From the NCBI GenBank assembly GCA_964613985.1, contig CAZTJD010000007.1:15507-79506 (forward strand): a stretch of 64,000 bases of DNA, given 5' to 3'. The notes beneath the pieces are model-generated. The model saw only the letters and a list, made by a program, of their open reading frames with translations. It had not been told where the DNA came from and made no database searches. A program made the position numbers and the translations under genes. Position 1 is the first letter of the stretch. Each line of letters starts with the position of its first letter. The DNA is from an uncultured Anaerolineales bacterium (lineage in GTDB: Bacteria > Chloroflexota > Anaerolineae > Anaerolineales > UBA11858). Shown here one piece after another: positions 28,727 to 37,805 of this stretch.

Positions 28727-30627
28727 CTTGCTTGTTCGCTCAGCATGTCCGCAGTCCAACCGAGTGATAAAGACTCTAACCGCTGGCGAGATGGCGTCCC
28801 GTTTTCAGGATCCCATCCTTTTAGCCCATAAAGCACAGTAAGCGCTTCCTGAAAATCATCCCGGGGCATCGATTCCCCTGCCAGCGCTCCATTCTCCAAT
28901 CCATGGTAGAACCGTTCCGGCAGTACATCATCCTGGCGCGAGAAACCTTCTCGCACGTTAAATACCCGCGCCATATTAATTACCCGTTCCCCGATCTCCA
29001 ACAAGTCATCAAGGGTTAAGTTCCAGCCTGTCGCTAAATTAACGGAGTCCAGGACAACCTCCGGTTGAATGAAGGATCGAGGGGCAGGACCAAAGAAACA
29101 ATATCCAATCACTTTCTCGATACTGACCCACTTCTCCAGGATAAAAAACTGCCGCATTTTCTCGTCATTCAGACTGCGTGCTGGTTGGGCTTCAGTGATA
29201 CCAAAAAGCCGGGCACTCTTAAATGGCCCGGAATCAGGGTTCGTCATCATCGTATCATGAGGAACTAAAAGGTGATCGGCACCAATTTCGGAAATGGCAT
29301 ACCCCATGCCCACATTATACTTACCCCTTGGATCGTGCATGGGCAGTTCCTGTCCTTTAACCTGAATAGCAAAATAAGGGGCATCTCCTCCAATTTTCTT
29401 CGCCGCTCTTAGAGTCCCCTCAGCCAATAAATCACCTAAGCCTTCCCGGTTCGCGATCCGGTGAATCATGGTCAACATCGCCTCCGCATTCCCAAAGCAT
29501 AGGTCTAAGCCATCCGTATCCTCCAAGGTGAGTAGACCATGTTCGAAACACTCCATAGCAAAGGAGATGACCATTCCCGTCGAGATGCTGTCCAACATGT
29601 AGGCATTACAAAGTTCATTTGCCATAGCAATAGCCTGCAGGTCCCCGACGCCACAGTTTGACCCAAATGATGCTACAGTCTCATATTCCGGTCCTCCATA
29701 TTCAGATGGTTCACCTCTCACTGCCACTTCGCGTTTACACCGAACCGCGCAAGCATAACAACTACGTCGTGCAGTTAAAAGCTCTTTTTCATAAGCTTCC
29801 CATTTAATATTATCTACCAACTCAAAGGCTCCTTGGCGGAAATTGTGGGTTGGCAGGATACCTGCATTATTGAGTGGTTCAACAAGTCCAGGCGTTCCTT
29901 TTTCCTGTAAACTCCAACTCAAAGGATTCTCAGGAACCTGTTTGGCTAACATACGACCCAAAGACATCAAATCCACAGGATTATAAGCAATTTGCTGGTA
30001 GCGCGTCCCCCCTCGTACTGCCACAGCCCGCAGGTTTTTCGAGCCCATCACAGCACCCATTCCATTGCGACCATTAAAATGGCGTAAATCATTGGTCAGC
30101 CCTGCAAAACGGACCCGTTTCTCACCAGCAGGACCGATCTGCAACACCCGAATTTTATTATCCCCCAACTCCTCACGGATTTTCTCCTGGACATCAGCCG
30201 TCATCAGACCCCAAAGGTGCTTTGCGGATCGGATTTCTATTTGTTCATTTTGAATCCATAAGTATACCGGTTCCGGAGCCTTCCCTTTGATCACGATGGC
30301 TTCATACCCAGCCATTTTTAATTCCGGTCCCCAAAAACCTCCTGCTTCAGATTCGCCATAAGCTTCTGTGAGTGGTGAACGAGCTGACACAATATATCGC
30401 GTTGCGGTCGAAACTGGTGCACCTGTTAATAGGCCATTTGCAATTACCAATACATTTTCGGGCGATAGTGGGTTTACATTTGCAGGCATTTCATTCAGTA
30501 AAATATAACCTGCCAGGGCTTTTCCCCCAGGATAATGCCGGTAAAATTCTTCACTGAGTAGCTCTACATCCCAAGACCTGTTGGTTAAATCAACTCGCAA
30601 AATCTTTAAACTCGTTCCATATGTCAT
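28723..30627 (-). CDS. Aldehyde:ferredoxin oxidoreductase family (tungsten/bis-pterin) protein
   Basis: SARSPLT..YGES.AGG..GPELK.AGY, GMGAVMGSKNL, CYACAVRC, GPEYET, DSISTG, QELPMHDPR, DDVLPERF. Confidence 0.95.
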   Translation of the reverse strand: MTYGTSLKILRVDLTNRSWDVELLSEEFYRHYPGGKALAGYILLNEMPANVNPLSPENVLVIANGLLTGAPVSTATRYIVSARSPLTEAYGESEAGGFWGPELKMAGYEAIVIKGKAPEPVYLWIQNEQIEIRSAKHLWGLMTADVQEKIREELGDNKIRVLQIGPAGEKRVRFAGLTNDLRHFNGRNGMGAVMGSKNLRAVAVRGGTRYQQIAYNPVDLMSLGRMLAKQVPENPLSWSLQEKGTPGLVEPLNNAGILPTHNFRQGAFELVDNIKWEAYEKELLTARRSCYACAVRCKREVAVRGEPSEYGGPEYETVASFGSNCGVGDLQAIAMANELCNAYMLDSISTGMVISFAMECFEHGLLTLEDTDGLDLCFGNAEAMLTMIHRIANREGLGDLLAEGTLRAAKKIGGDAPYFAIQVKGQELPMHDPRGKYNVGMGYAISEIGADHLLVPHDTMMTNPDSGPFKSARLFGITEAQPARSLNDEKMRQFFILEKWVSIEKVIGYCFFGPAPRSFIQPEVVLDSVNLATGWNLTLDDLLEIGERVINMARVFNVREGFSRQDDVLPERFYHGLENGALAGESMPRDDFQEALTVLYGLKGWDPENGTPSRQRLESLSLGWTADMLSEQAR

Positions 30628-30889
30628 CTTAAACCTCTCAAACTATCAACAGAACATTTTGGATTGCATTAATCTGGATTTCTGGTCTGAAGAACCATCC
30701 TCATTCTGTAATTCTGTTTCGGAAAGTTGATATTGACTAATAATTCTACCAGGGATTATTACGAACCGGCATTTTCATAGTTCTAATGGAAGCTTAATTA
30801 ATATCTACGCACGAATCCAAGTACAGAATCGTTGATGCTGCACATGGTAAAATCCCGATCCGTTCACCAGGTTCCAAATCAAAAACCGC

Positions 30890-31195
30890 TGGGTTAACCA
30901 CTGTTTGAAAATCGTTGGCTTGATCTTTTCACTCATACGTTCGTTGATAAGGTGCGGCTCCGAGATACTGTTGCCTTTCAGCTTGCATCGCTGCATTAAC
31001 TACAATCCGGATCAATTCTGTAAGCTGTTCAAAGCCATTGGCAGAAAGTTCTTCCAGCAACTCGGATGATAAGGTAAAATTGCCTTGGTAGGTCATGGTG
31101 TCACTCCTTGTCTGAAGTTGATGGCTTCTCGAAGGATACACCATGGCTACCACTTTTGGGCGGTCAATATAACAGAAAATAGTTTCCACAATAGC
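30890..31195 (-). mobile_element. IS256-family transposase remnant (N-terminal ~60 codons, truncated)
   Basis: ATG at 31096 with AAGGAG RBS: [17 protein letters not shown]...LIRIVVNAAMQAERQQYLGAAPYQR, an IS256-type N-terminus as I recall it. TGA at 30929, after which similarity decays. Possible left end near TGTGGAAACTATTTTCTG at about 31172-31189. Confidence 0.7.
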
Positions 31196-31276
31196 GATGT
31201 TCATTCATCTTGCAGGAAATCTTCAATCAAGGAGTATAATGATTCGACATTCCCTGCCCCGACAAACCGAGTCAAG

Positions 31277-33319
31277 ATGCCCAACCATTTAATAAACGAG
31301 AACTCCCCATACCTTCTCCAACATGCCCAGAATCCAGTCGAATGGTACCCCTGGGGTGATGAAGCATTTAAAAAAGCGCACCAGGACGACAAGCCGATCT
31401 TTCTCAGCGTTGGCTATGCTGCCTGTCATTGGTGTCATGTCATGGCTCACGAGTCATTTGAAGACGAAAAGATCGCAGCAATCATGAATAAAAATTTCAT
31501 CAATATCAAGGTGGATCGGGAGGAACGTCCTGACATTGATCAGATTTACATGCAAGCAGTCGTAGCACTCACTCGTCAGGGCGGCTGGCCAATGAGTGTC
31601 TTCCTCACCCCTGATGGTCAGCCCTTCTACGGTGGGACTTATTATCCCCCTCAACGGCGCTACCAGCTACCAGCTTTTACTGAGATCTTAACCAGTGTAG
31701 CTCGAATCTGGCGCGAAGATCGTTATTCGATCCTTCAATCCGCCAGTCAAATCACAAACCATCTCCAACAAGCGTCCTTGTCAGGGGATGATGCCAATCC
31801 ATTCTCGTTGGCTAGTCTTGGCCAGGTTGTAATGAGGTTGCGGAAGGACTACGATTGGCAATTCGGTGGTTGGGGGAAAGCCCCAAAATTTTCTCAAGCC
31901 ATGACCATCGAATTCTTATTACGACAAGCCACTCGCCAGGACAAAACTTCCCTGGAAATAGCTGAGCATGCCCTACTGGCAATGGCAAAGGGTGGTGTGT
32001 ATGACGTTGTTGGAGGTGGTTTTGCCCGTTACAGCGTTGATGATCGCTGGTTGGTTCCCCATTTTGAGAAAATGCTCTATGACAATGCCCAACTTGCCCT
32101 GGTTTATCTGCATGCTTACCTGATTACAGCCAAAGAGTGTTACCTGCGTACCTGCCAGGAGACCCTTGATTTCGTAATCCGAGAGATGACTCATCCGTTG
32201 GGGGGATTCTTCAGCAGCCTGGACGCAGACTCCGAGGGTGTAGAGGGGAAATACTACACCTGGACCCCGGAAGAGATTCGCATCGCCTTATCAGACAGAG
32301 ATTCTATCAACTTGGTCATTTCTGCTTATGGGATTACTCCGGAAGGCAATTTTGAAGGCTCAAACATTCTTCAACGAATTATGAATGATCAAGAAATTTC
32401 TGACCAATTTGATATTCCTCTCAAGTCGGTTCCTGGGAGACTGGCTGAATGCCATCGTCAGTTGCATAACTACCGCCAGGAACGTGTTCACCCATCCACC
32501 GATGACAAAGTGCTTCTTTCGTGGAATGCACTGATGTCTATCGCCTTTGCTGAAGCAGGTCGCTACCTAAATAGACCTGACTATACCCAACACGCTGCTC
32601 TGAACCTTAGTTTTTTACTTGAAAACCTCTTCCAAAATGGTCGCCTTCTTCGTTCCTGGAGAGAGAATCAAGCGAATCATAATGCTTTACTGGAAGATTA
32701 TGCCGCTCTAATCCTCGCCTTGCTTGCTCTCTACCAGTCAGATCTGGATTCGAGTTGGTTTAACAAAGCTAAATCGCTAGCTGAAGACATGGTGGCAAAC
32801 TTCCGCCACCCTACCACAGGTTTTTACGACACCCACCATGACCACGAAGATCTAATTTTACGACCAAAAAATATCCAGGATAATGCTACGCCTTCTGGTA
32901 ATTCCCTGGCTGCCATGGCTTTACTCCAAATCTCAGCCTATGCCGGGAATCTAGATTGGCGGCAAATGGCAAACAAGATGCTTAAAAACATTTTCAATAA
33001 AGCTCTAGCCTATCCAACCTTCTATGGACAATGGCTATCAGCAATTGATTTTTCCCTCGGTCCTGTTTCCGAAGTCGCAATCTTGGGAAAACTAACTTCC
33101 CCCGAATTAAAAGCTTTACAATCTGAACTATGGAATGCGTATCGTCCACGGTTGGTAGCTGCCTTTTCCGAATTTCCCCCAAAATCCAATGTACCCCTAA
33201 TTCTTGTAGACCGTCCCTTGAAGAATAATCACCCAACAGCTTACGTTTGTCAACATTTCACTTGCAAGATGCCCGTAAACGATGTGGAAGGATTAAAATC
33301 CCAACTAACTAACTATTAA
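31277..33319 (+). CDS. Thioredoxin-domain/(alpha/alpha)6 protein, YyaL/DUF255 family
   Basis: [57 protein letters not shown]. The 64 codons upstream of the true start run through the IS remnant. Confidence 0.93.
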   Translation: MPNHLINENSPYLLQHAQNPVEWYPWGDEAFKKAHQDDKPIFLSVGYAACHWCHVMAHESFEDEKIAAIMNKNFINIKVDREERPDIDQIYMQAVVALTRQGGWPMSVFLTPDGQPFYGGTYYPPQRRYQLPAFTEILTSVARIWREDRYSILQSASQITNHLQQASLSGDDANPFSLASLGQVVMRLRKDYDWQFGGWGKAPKFSQAMTIEFLLRQATRQDKTSLEIAEHALLAMAKGGVYDVVGGGFARYSVDDRWLVPHFEKMLYDNAQLALVYLHAYLITAKECYLRTCQETLDFVIREMTHPLGGFFSSLDADSEGVEGKYYTWTPEEIRIALSDRDSINLVISAYGITPEGNFEGSNILQRIMNDQEISDQFDIPLKSVPGRLAECHRQLHNYRQERVHPSTDDKVLLSWNALMSIAFAEAGRYLNRPDYTQHAALNLSFLLENLFQNGRLLRSWRENQANHNALLEDYAALILALLALYQSDLDSSWFNKAKSLAEDMVANFRHPTTGFYDTHHDHEDLILRPKNIQDNATPSGNSLAAMALLQISAYAGNLDWRQMANKMLKNIFNKALAYPTFYGQWLSAIDFSLGPVSEVAILGKLTSPELKALQSELWNAYRPRLVAAFSEFPPKSNVPLILVDRPLKNNHPTAYVCQHFTCKMPVNDVEGLKSQLTNY

Positions 33320-33490
33320 ATTTATCATTACACAAAGCGTAAGGGATGAAAATTGGGTATCCACGATAATAAAAGGAGAAATATTAAATATTACTCGATG
33401 TGAAAGAAAATTCATGAATACTATTCTTTTTCCTGGATCTTCAGAATCCATTTTTCTGAGCGGCGAAAAGCAAAATTAAAATTGACCTAA

Positions 33491-34114
33491 TCAGGTCGTT
33501 GTTTTTAGTTTCTCTGGTCTGATATTCTCACGAGAAACCAGCCAACTCCCCAGTGCAAACGAAATTTGTCCCAGCACATTAATTCCTTCCTCAATCCATT
33601 GCCTGACGACAGATTGCTCACCTCTGCTTGCCATTCCGGCCATCCCCAATGTAATCAGAATTGTAAAGATAAAACACCAGGCTGCGGTATGAATTCTCCT
33701 CCTGTAAGAGAGGAAGGCCAGGATCCCATACATCCCTAAGCTGGCGAAGGTCATCACTATTAGCAGAGGAATTTTCCAAGTAGAAATTACTGATATACCC
33801 ACTCCTCTGAGAACCTCTGATTGGATGATTAATATCGACGCTACCATCATCAGGCTGAATCCTGGTGCCTGCAGCACAAAAAGAGCCTCATCAAAGACAC
33901 GGATGTCTGCAATGTGAATAGAAAGAAGCAGTTTCCAGGTTGCTTTCAACAAACCACCCAGGAAGACCATCCCAGATCCAATCGCCATAAGCTGAGCAGA
34001 GAACTTGCCCCGGATCAGGTAAGCAAACCGCACCAGGAACCAAGCACCGGTTACAAAAGCGAGGCTTGGTATATAATCAAGCAAAGCCAATCCAAGTGTG
34101 TATGTTTCATTCAT
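33491..34114 (-). CDS. Hypothetical membrane protein
   Basis: 207 aa with about 6 hydrophobic helices and an AGG RBS; no family recognised. Confidence 0.7.
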   Translation of the reverse strand: MNETYTLGLALLDYIPSLAFVTGAWFLVRFAYLIRGKFSAQLMAIGSGMVFLGGLLKATWKLLLSIHIADIRVFDEALFVLQAPGFSLMMVASILIIQSEVLRGVGISVISTWKIPLLIVMTFASLGMYGILAFLSYRRRIHTAAWCFIFTILITLGMAGMASRGEQSVVRQWIEEGINVLGQISFALGSWLVSRENIRPEKLKTTT

Positions 34115-34331
34115 GATTTAACCTCAAATTATTCGCCTTCAAATTATTTTATCAATAATTCCCTCTAGTTGTTAAAAATGTTTATTCACTTCACCTTGTG
34201 ACGTTGAGATTACCAGGGTAACAACACCACTTCTGCGTTGTGATTTCCGATGATCAGCAGATAATTTTCATCTAAACAAAAAAACTCCTATAATGGTATT
34301 CCAAGACCACTTCACAAGTTATAATTTACCC

Positions 34332-36530
34332 ATGACCATCATATCAAAAATTGCTCAAAAACTAAAAATCGACACCCGTTATGTTGAAGCTACTATTGAA
34401 CTCTTTGATGGTGGAAGTACTATCCCCTTCATTGCGCGTTACCGTAAGGAGATGACAGGAGGGTTAGACGAGGAACAGATCCGGAACATAAAAAACCTGC
34501 TGGAAAGTTTGAGAAACCTTAATAATCGACGGGAGACGATCCTCGCATCAATTGAATCGCAAGGAAAGCTCACAGATGCCCTTCAAATGCAAATTGAAAA
34601 TTCCGAGACACGCACCGAATTGGAAGATCTCTATCAGCCATATAAACCGAAAAGAAAAACCCGAGCTAGTGAAGCCCGGGCAAAAGGACTTCAACCATTG
34701 GCTGACCTGATCCTGGAACAACCATTAAAACTTGCGGGGGTTAAATCCCCGAATGAGCTGGCTGAAAAGTTTACCAATGAAGAAGTGGTGTCTCTTGAAG
34801 ATGCCTGGTCAGGGGCTCGAGACATTGTTGCCGAAATGATCAGCGATAGTCCCGCGGTTCGTCAGATTACGCGTCAAAAAGGGATGCAGTGGGGAACAAT
34901 CCACACAGAAAAGTCAGAAAAAGGAGAAGATCCGCGCCGAGTTTACGAAAGTTATTATGACTTTGAGTTCCGGGTCAATCGCCTTCGACCTCACCAGGTG
35001 CTGGCAATCAACCGTGGAGAATCTGAAAACATCCTACGAATTAATATCATGATCCCAGAGCGTGACTGGCGAGTTGCAATCCAAGAGAATTATCCACTAA
35101 ACAATCATTCACCATTGGCAGGACACCTCAAATTAGCTATTGAAGATGGCGTTACCCGCCTACTACTTCCAACGATCAAAAGGGATATCCGCAGGGAGAT
35201 TACTAATGCTGCTGAAGCTCATGCAGTTAAAGTCTTCTCAAATAATTTGCGTGCCCTGCTCACCCAACCCCCACTCATTGGTCATGTCGTTATGGGAATT
35301 GATCCTGGCTATCGTACCGGATGTAAGGTTGCTGTCGTTGATCCAACGGGAAAATCCCTTGAGACGATAAAGATCTACCCCCATCCTCCCCAGAACGCAT
35401 CGGAAGAGGCAAAGCACACCCTGCTTCACTTAATCCAGAATTTATATGTCACTCTTATCGCGATTGGCAATGGAACAGCTTCCCGGGAAACAGAAGGTTT
35501 GGTGGCAGAATTGATCCGCGAATTCAAACGAGAACAAGACCAGCGACAAGACTCGTCCAGGGTGAAAAAGGTTGATCTACATTACCTGATCGTTTCCGAA
35601 GCTGGTGCCAGTGTATATTCTGCTAGTGAACTCGCCCGTGAAGAATTGCCTGAAATAGATGTTTCCATGCGAGGTGCTGTCTCTATTGCACGACGTGTTC
35701 AAGATCCACTTGCTGAATTGGTAAAAATCGATCCCAGATCTCTAGGCGTGGGCATGTATCAACATGATATAGATCAGAAAAAATTAACAAACGCATTGGA
35801 TGCAGTTGTTGAGAGTGCTGTAAATTTCACCGGCGTTGATCTCAATTCAGCCTCTTCTGCCTTATTGACATATGTCTCCGGAATTGGTCCTACCCTGGCG
35901 AGCCGGATTGTAACTTATCGCAATCAACATGGTCCATTTTCCACTCGGAGATCTTTGCTTGAAGTAACTGGACTCGGGCCGAAAAGTTTTGAACAATCTG
36001 CAGGTTTTCTGCGTATAAGAGGAGGAAGAAATCCTTTCGACGATACAGCAATCCACCCAGAAAGTTATCTTATTGCTAAAAAACTGCTTGATCGTGCTGG
36101 ACTCAATCTTAACTCCACCCCAACAGCACGGAAATCAGTTCTGGAATCCTTACTAGACAAAGAATCATTACAAGATCTGGCATCATTATGGCATACTGGT
36201 GTTCCAACCCTGGAGGACATCATCGAACAACTGCTTCGACCGGGTAGAGATCCGCGGGAAGATTTCCCATTACCCATTCTCCGTTCAAATGTGTTAACAA
36301 TGGAGGATCTGAAACCAGGTATGACTTTAAAAGGTACTGTTAGGAACGTGGTCGACTTTGGTGCTTTCATCGATATTGGTGTTAAGGTAGATGGCCTGTT
36401 GCATCGATCACAGATACCTCACAGTACTCAACTCTCAGTTGGTAACATCCTTCAGATCAAGATCATCCAGGTGGAAATCGAACGCGGTAGAATCAGCCTG
36501 GGTTGGTCGGATACAGTTAACATTTTATAA
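34332..36530 (+). CDS. tex: Tex-family RNA-binding transcriptional accessory protein
   Basis: TIPFIARYRKE.TG.LDE, GIDPGYRTGCK, IGNGTASRET, EAGASVYSAS, KIDPRS.GVG.YQHD, C-terminal S1 domain. Confidence 0.96.
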   Translation: MTIISKIAQKLKIDTRYVEATIELFDGGSTIPFIARYRKEMTGGLDEEQIRNIKNLLESLRNLNNRRETILASIESQGKLTDALQMQIENSETRTELEDLYQPYKPKRKTRASEARAKGLQPLADLILEQPLKLAGVKSPNELAEKFTNEEVVSLEDAWSGARDIVAEMISDSPAVRQITRQKGMQWGTIHTEKSEKGEDPRRVYESYYDFEFRVNRLRPHQVLAINRGESENILRINIMIPERDWRVAIQENYPLNNHSPLAGHLKLAIEDGVTRLLLPTIKRDIRREITNAAEAHAVKVFSNNLRALLTQPPLIGHVVMGIDPGYRTGCKVAVVDPTGKSLETIKIYPHPPQNASEEAKHTLLHLIQNLYVTLIAIGNGTASRETEGLVAELIREFKREQDQRQDSSRVKKVDLHYLIVSEAGASVYSASELAREELPEIDVSMRGAVSIARRVQDPLAELVKIDPRSLGVGMYQHDIDQKKLTNALDAVVESAVNFTGVDLNSASSALLTYVSGIGPTLASRIVTYRNQHGPFSTRRSLLEVTGLGPKSFEQSAGFLRIRGGRNPFDDTAIHPESYLIAKKLLDRAGLNLNSTPTARKSVLESLLDKESLQDLASLWHTGVPTLEDIIEQLLRPGRDPREDFPLPILRSNVLTMEDLKPGMTLKGTVRNVVDFGAFIDIGVKVDGLLHRSQIPHSTQLSVGNILQIKIIQVEIERGRISLGWSDTVNIL

Positions 36531-36688
36531 GATCGGTTGAAAAAAACTCGTTTCCAGCGGGTAAATAGTATAATCGTTTTTATATCTCTACCACCGTGGT
36601 TTATTCGAAAAATTCTGATCTAAATTCGTTAAACGTATACGAAGACGGAAAAAACCATTTTGAGAACTTATGGGATGAAAAATGAAAT

Positions 36689-37666
36689 ATGGAGTATAAA
36701 GATTATTATAAAGTCTTAGGTGTTGATCGGAACGCAAACCAGGATGAAATAAAAAAAGCCTTTCGAAAGTTGGCGAGAAAATATCATCCAGATATGAATA
36801 AAGAGGATGCAAACGCTGAAGAGCGCTTCAAAGAAATTAATGAAGCGAATGAGGTGCTTTCTGATCCAGAAAAAAGACAGAAATATGACCAGTTTGGTGT
36901 CCATTGGCAGCAATATGAGAGGGCAGGTGGTCGCCCTGAAGATTTTAATTGGGACTCTTGGAGAAATCCTTATGGTGGGGCATACCAGACACGCCAGGTC
37001 TCACAAGAAGAACTGGAAAAAATATTTGGCAATCTAGGTGGCATTGGCGGGATAGGGGGAATGGGTGGGTTTTCGGATTTCTTTGAAACTCTATTTGGCG
37101 GCGCTGGTCGAACAGGTGGGCAAGGATTTGGTGGTCAGCGAGTCCAACGTTCCAAGCGGGGGCGGGACACAGAACACACCGTTGAAATCACCTTGGAAGA
37201 GGCGCATCACGGCGCTAAAAGAGTGCTTGAATGGGAGGATGGTCGGAAAATTGAAGCGCAGATACCCCACGGAGTTAAAACAGGCTCAAAAATTCGGTTA
37301 AAAGGACAGGGAGGACAAGGTATGTCGGGAGGGCAGGCTGGTGATCTCTATCTGAAGGTAAAGGTACTTCCACACCCATTATTTACACGTGAAGGTGATG
37401 ATCTTCGGACAACCGTCCCCGTATCTCTATATGATGCGCTTTTGGGTGGGGAAGTTGATGTCGCTGCCATTGACAGGCGGGTAAAACTAAAGATACCACC
37501 CGAAACCGAGAACGGAAAAGTATTTCGGTTAAAAGGTTTAGGCATGCCTAATCTCCGAAAACACCGGGAAAAAGGAGATCTACTTGTTAAGGTAGACGTT
37601 AAACTTCCAAAGAACCTGACCAAAGAAGAAAAACAACTTTTCCACGAATTAAGAGGATTGCGATAA
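36689..37666 (+). CDS. DnaJ-class chaperone without Zn finger (CbpA-like)
   Basis: KDYY..LGV, YHPD, G/F-rich linker, C-terminal DnaJ_C domain; no CxxCxGxG repeats. Confidence 0.93.
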   Translation: MEYKDYYKVLGVDRNANQDEIKKAFRKLARKYHPDMNKEDANAEERFKEINEANEVLSDPEKRQKYDQFGVHWQQYERAGGRPEDFNWDSWRNPYGGAYQTRQVSQEELEKIFGNLGGIGGIGGMGGFSDFFETLFGGAGRTGGQGFGGQRVQRSKRGRDTEHTVEITLEEAHHGAKRVLEWEDGRKIEAQIPHGVKTGSKIRLKGQGGQGMSGGQAGDLYLKVKVLPHPLFTREGDDLRTTVPVSLYDALLGGEVDVAAIDRRVKLKIPPETENGKVFRLKGLGMPNLRKHREKGDLLVKVDVKLPKNLTKEEKQLFHELRGLR

Positions 37667-37721
37667 TTAATTTATCCATACATCAGTAACCTACCGTAAA
37701 AGAAGTGGAAAACATCAAAAT

Positions 37722-37752
37722 AAAATCGCCCTAGATCACGGGCGATTTTTTT
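37722..37752. terminator. Bidirectional intrinsic terminator between cbpA-like gene and NRPS
   Basis: AAAATCGCCC-TAGATCAC-GGGCGATTTTTTT. Confidence 0.85.
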
Positions 37753-37805
37753 ATCATTTTTCAACGAAGTTAAGGTTTATAAAATCAAAACCTTTCCTTA
37801 TAGGT

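Noticed and set aside
31085-31276. 64-aa N-terminal extension of the YyaL-like ORF
   Set aside because: It runs antisense through the IS256 remnant; family similarity starts at MPNHL (31277).
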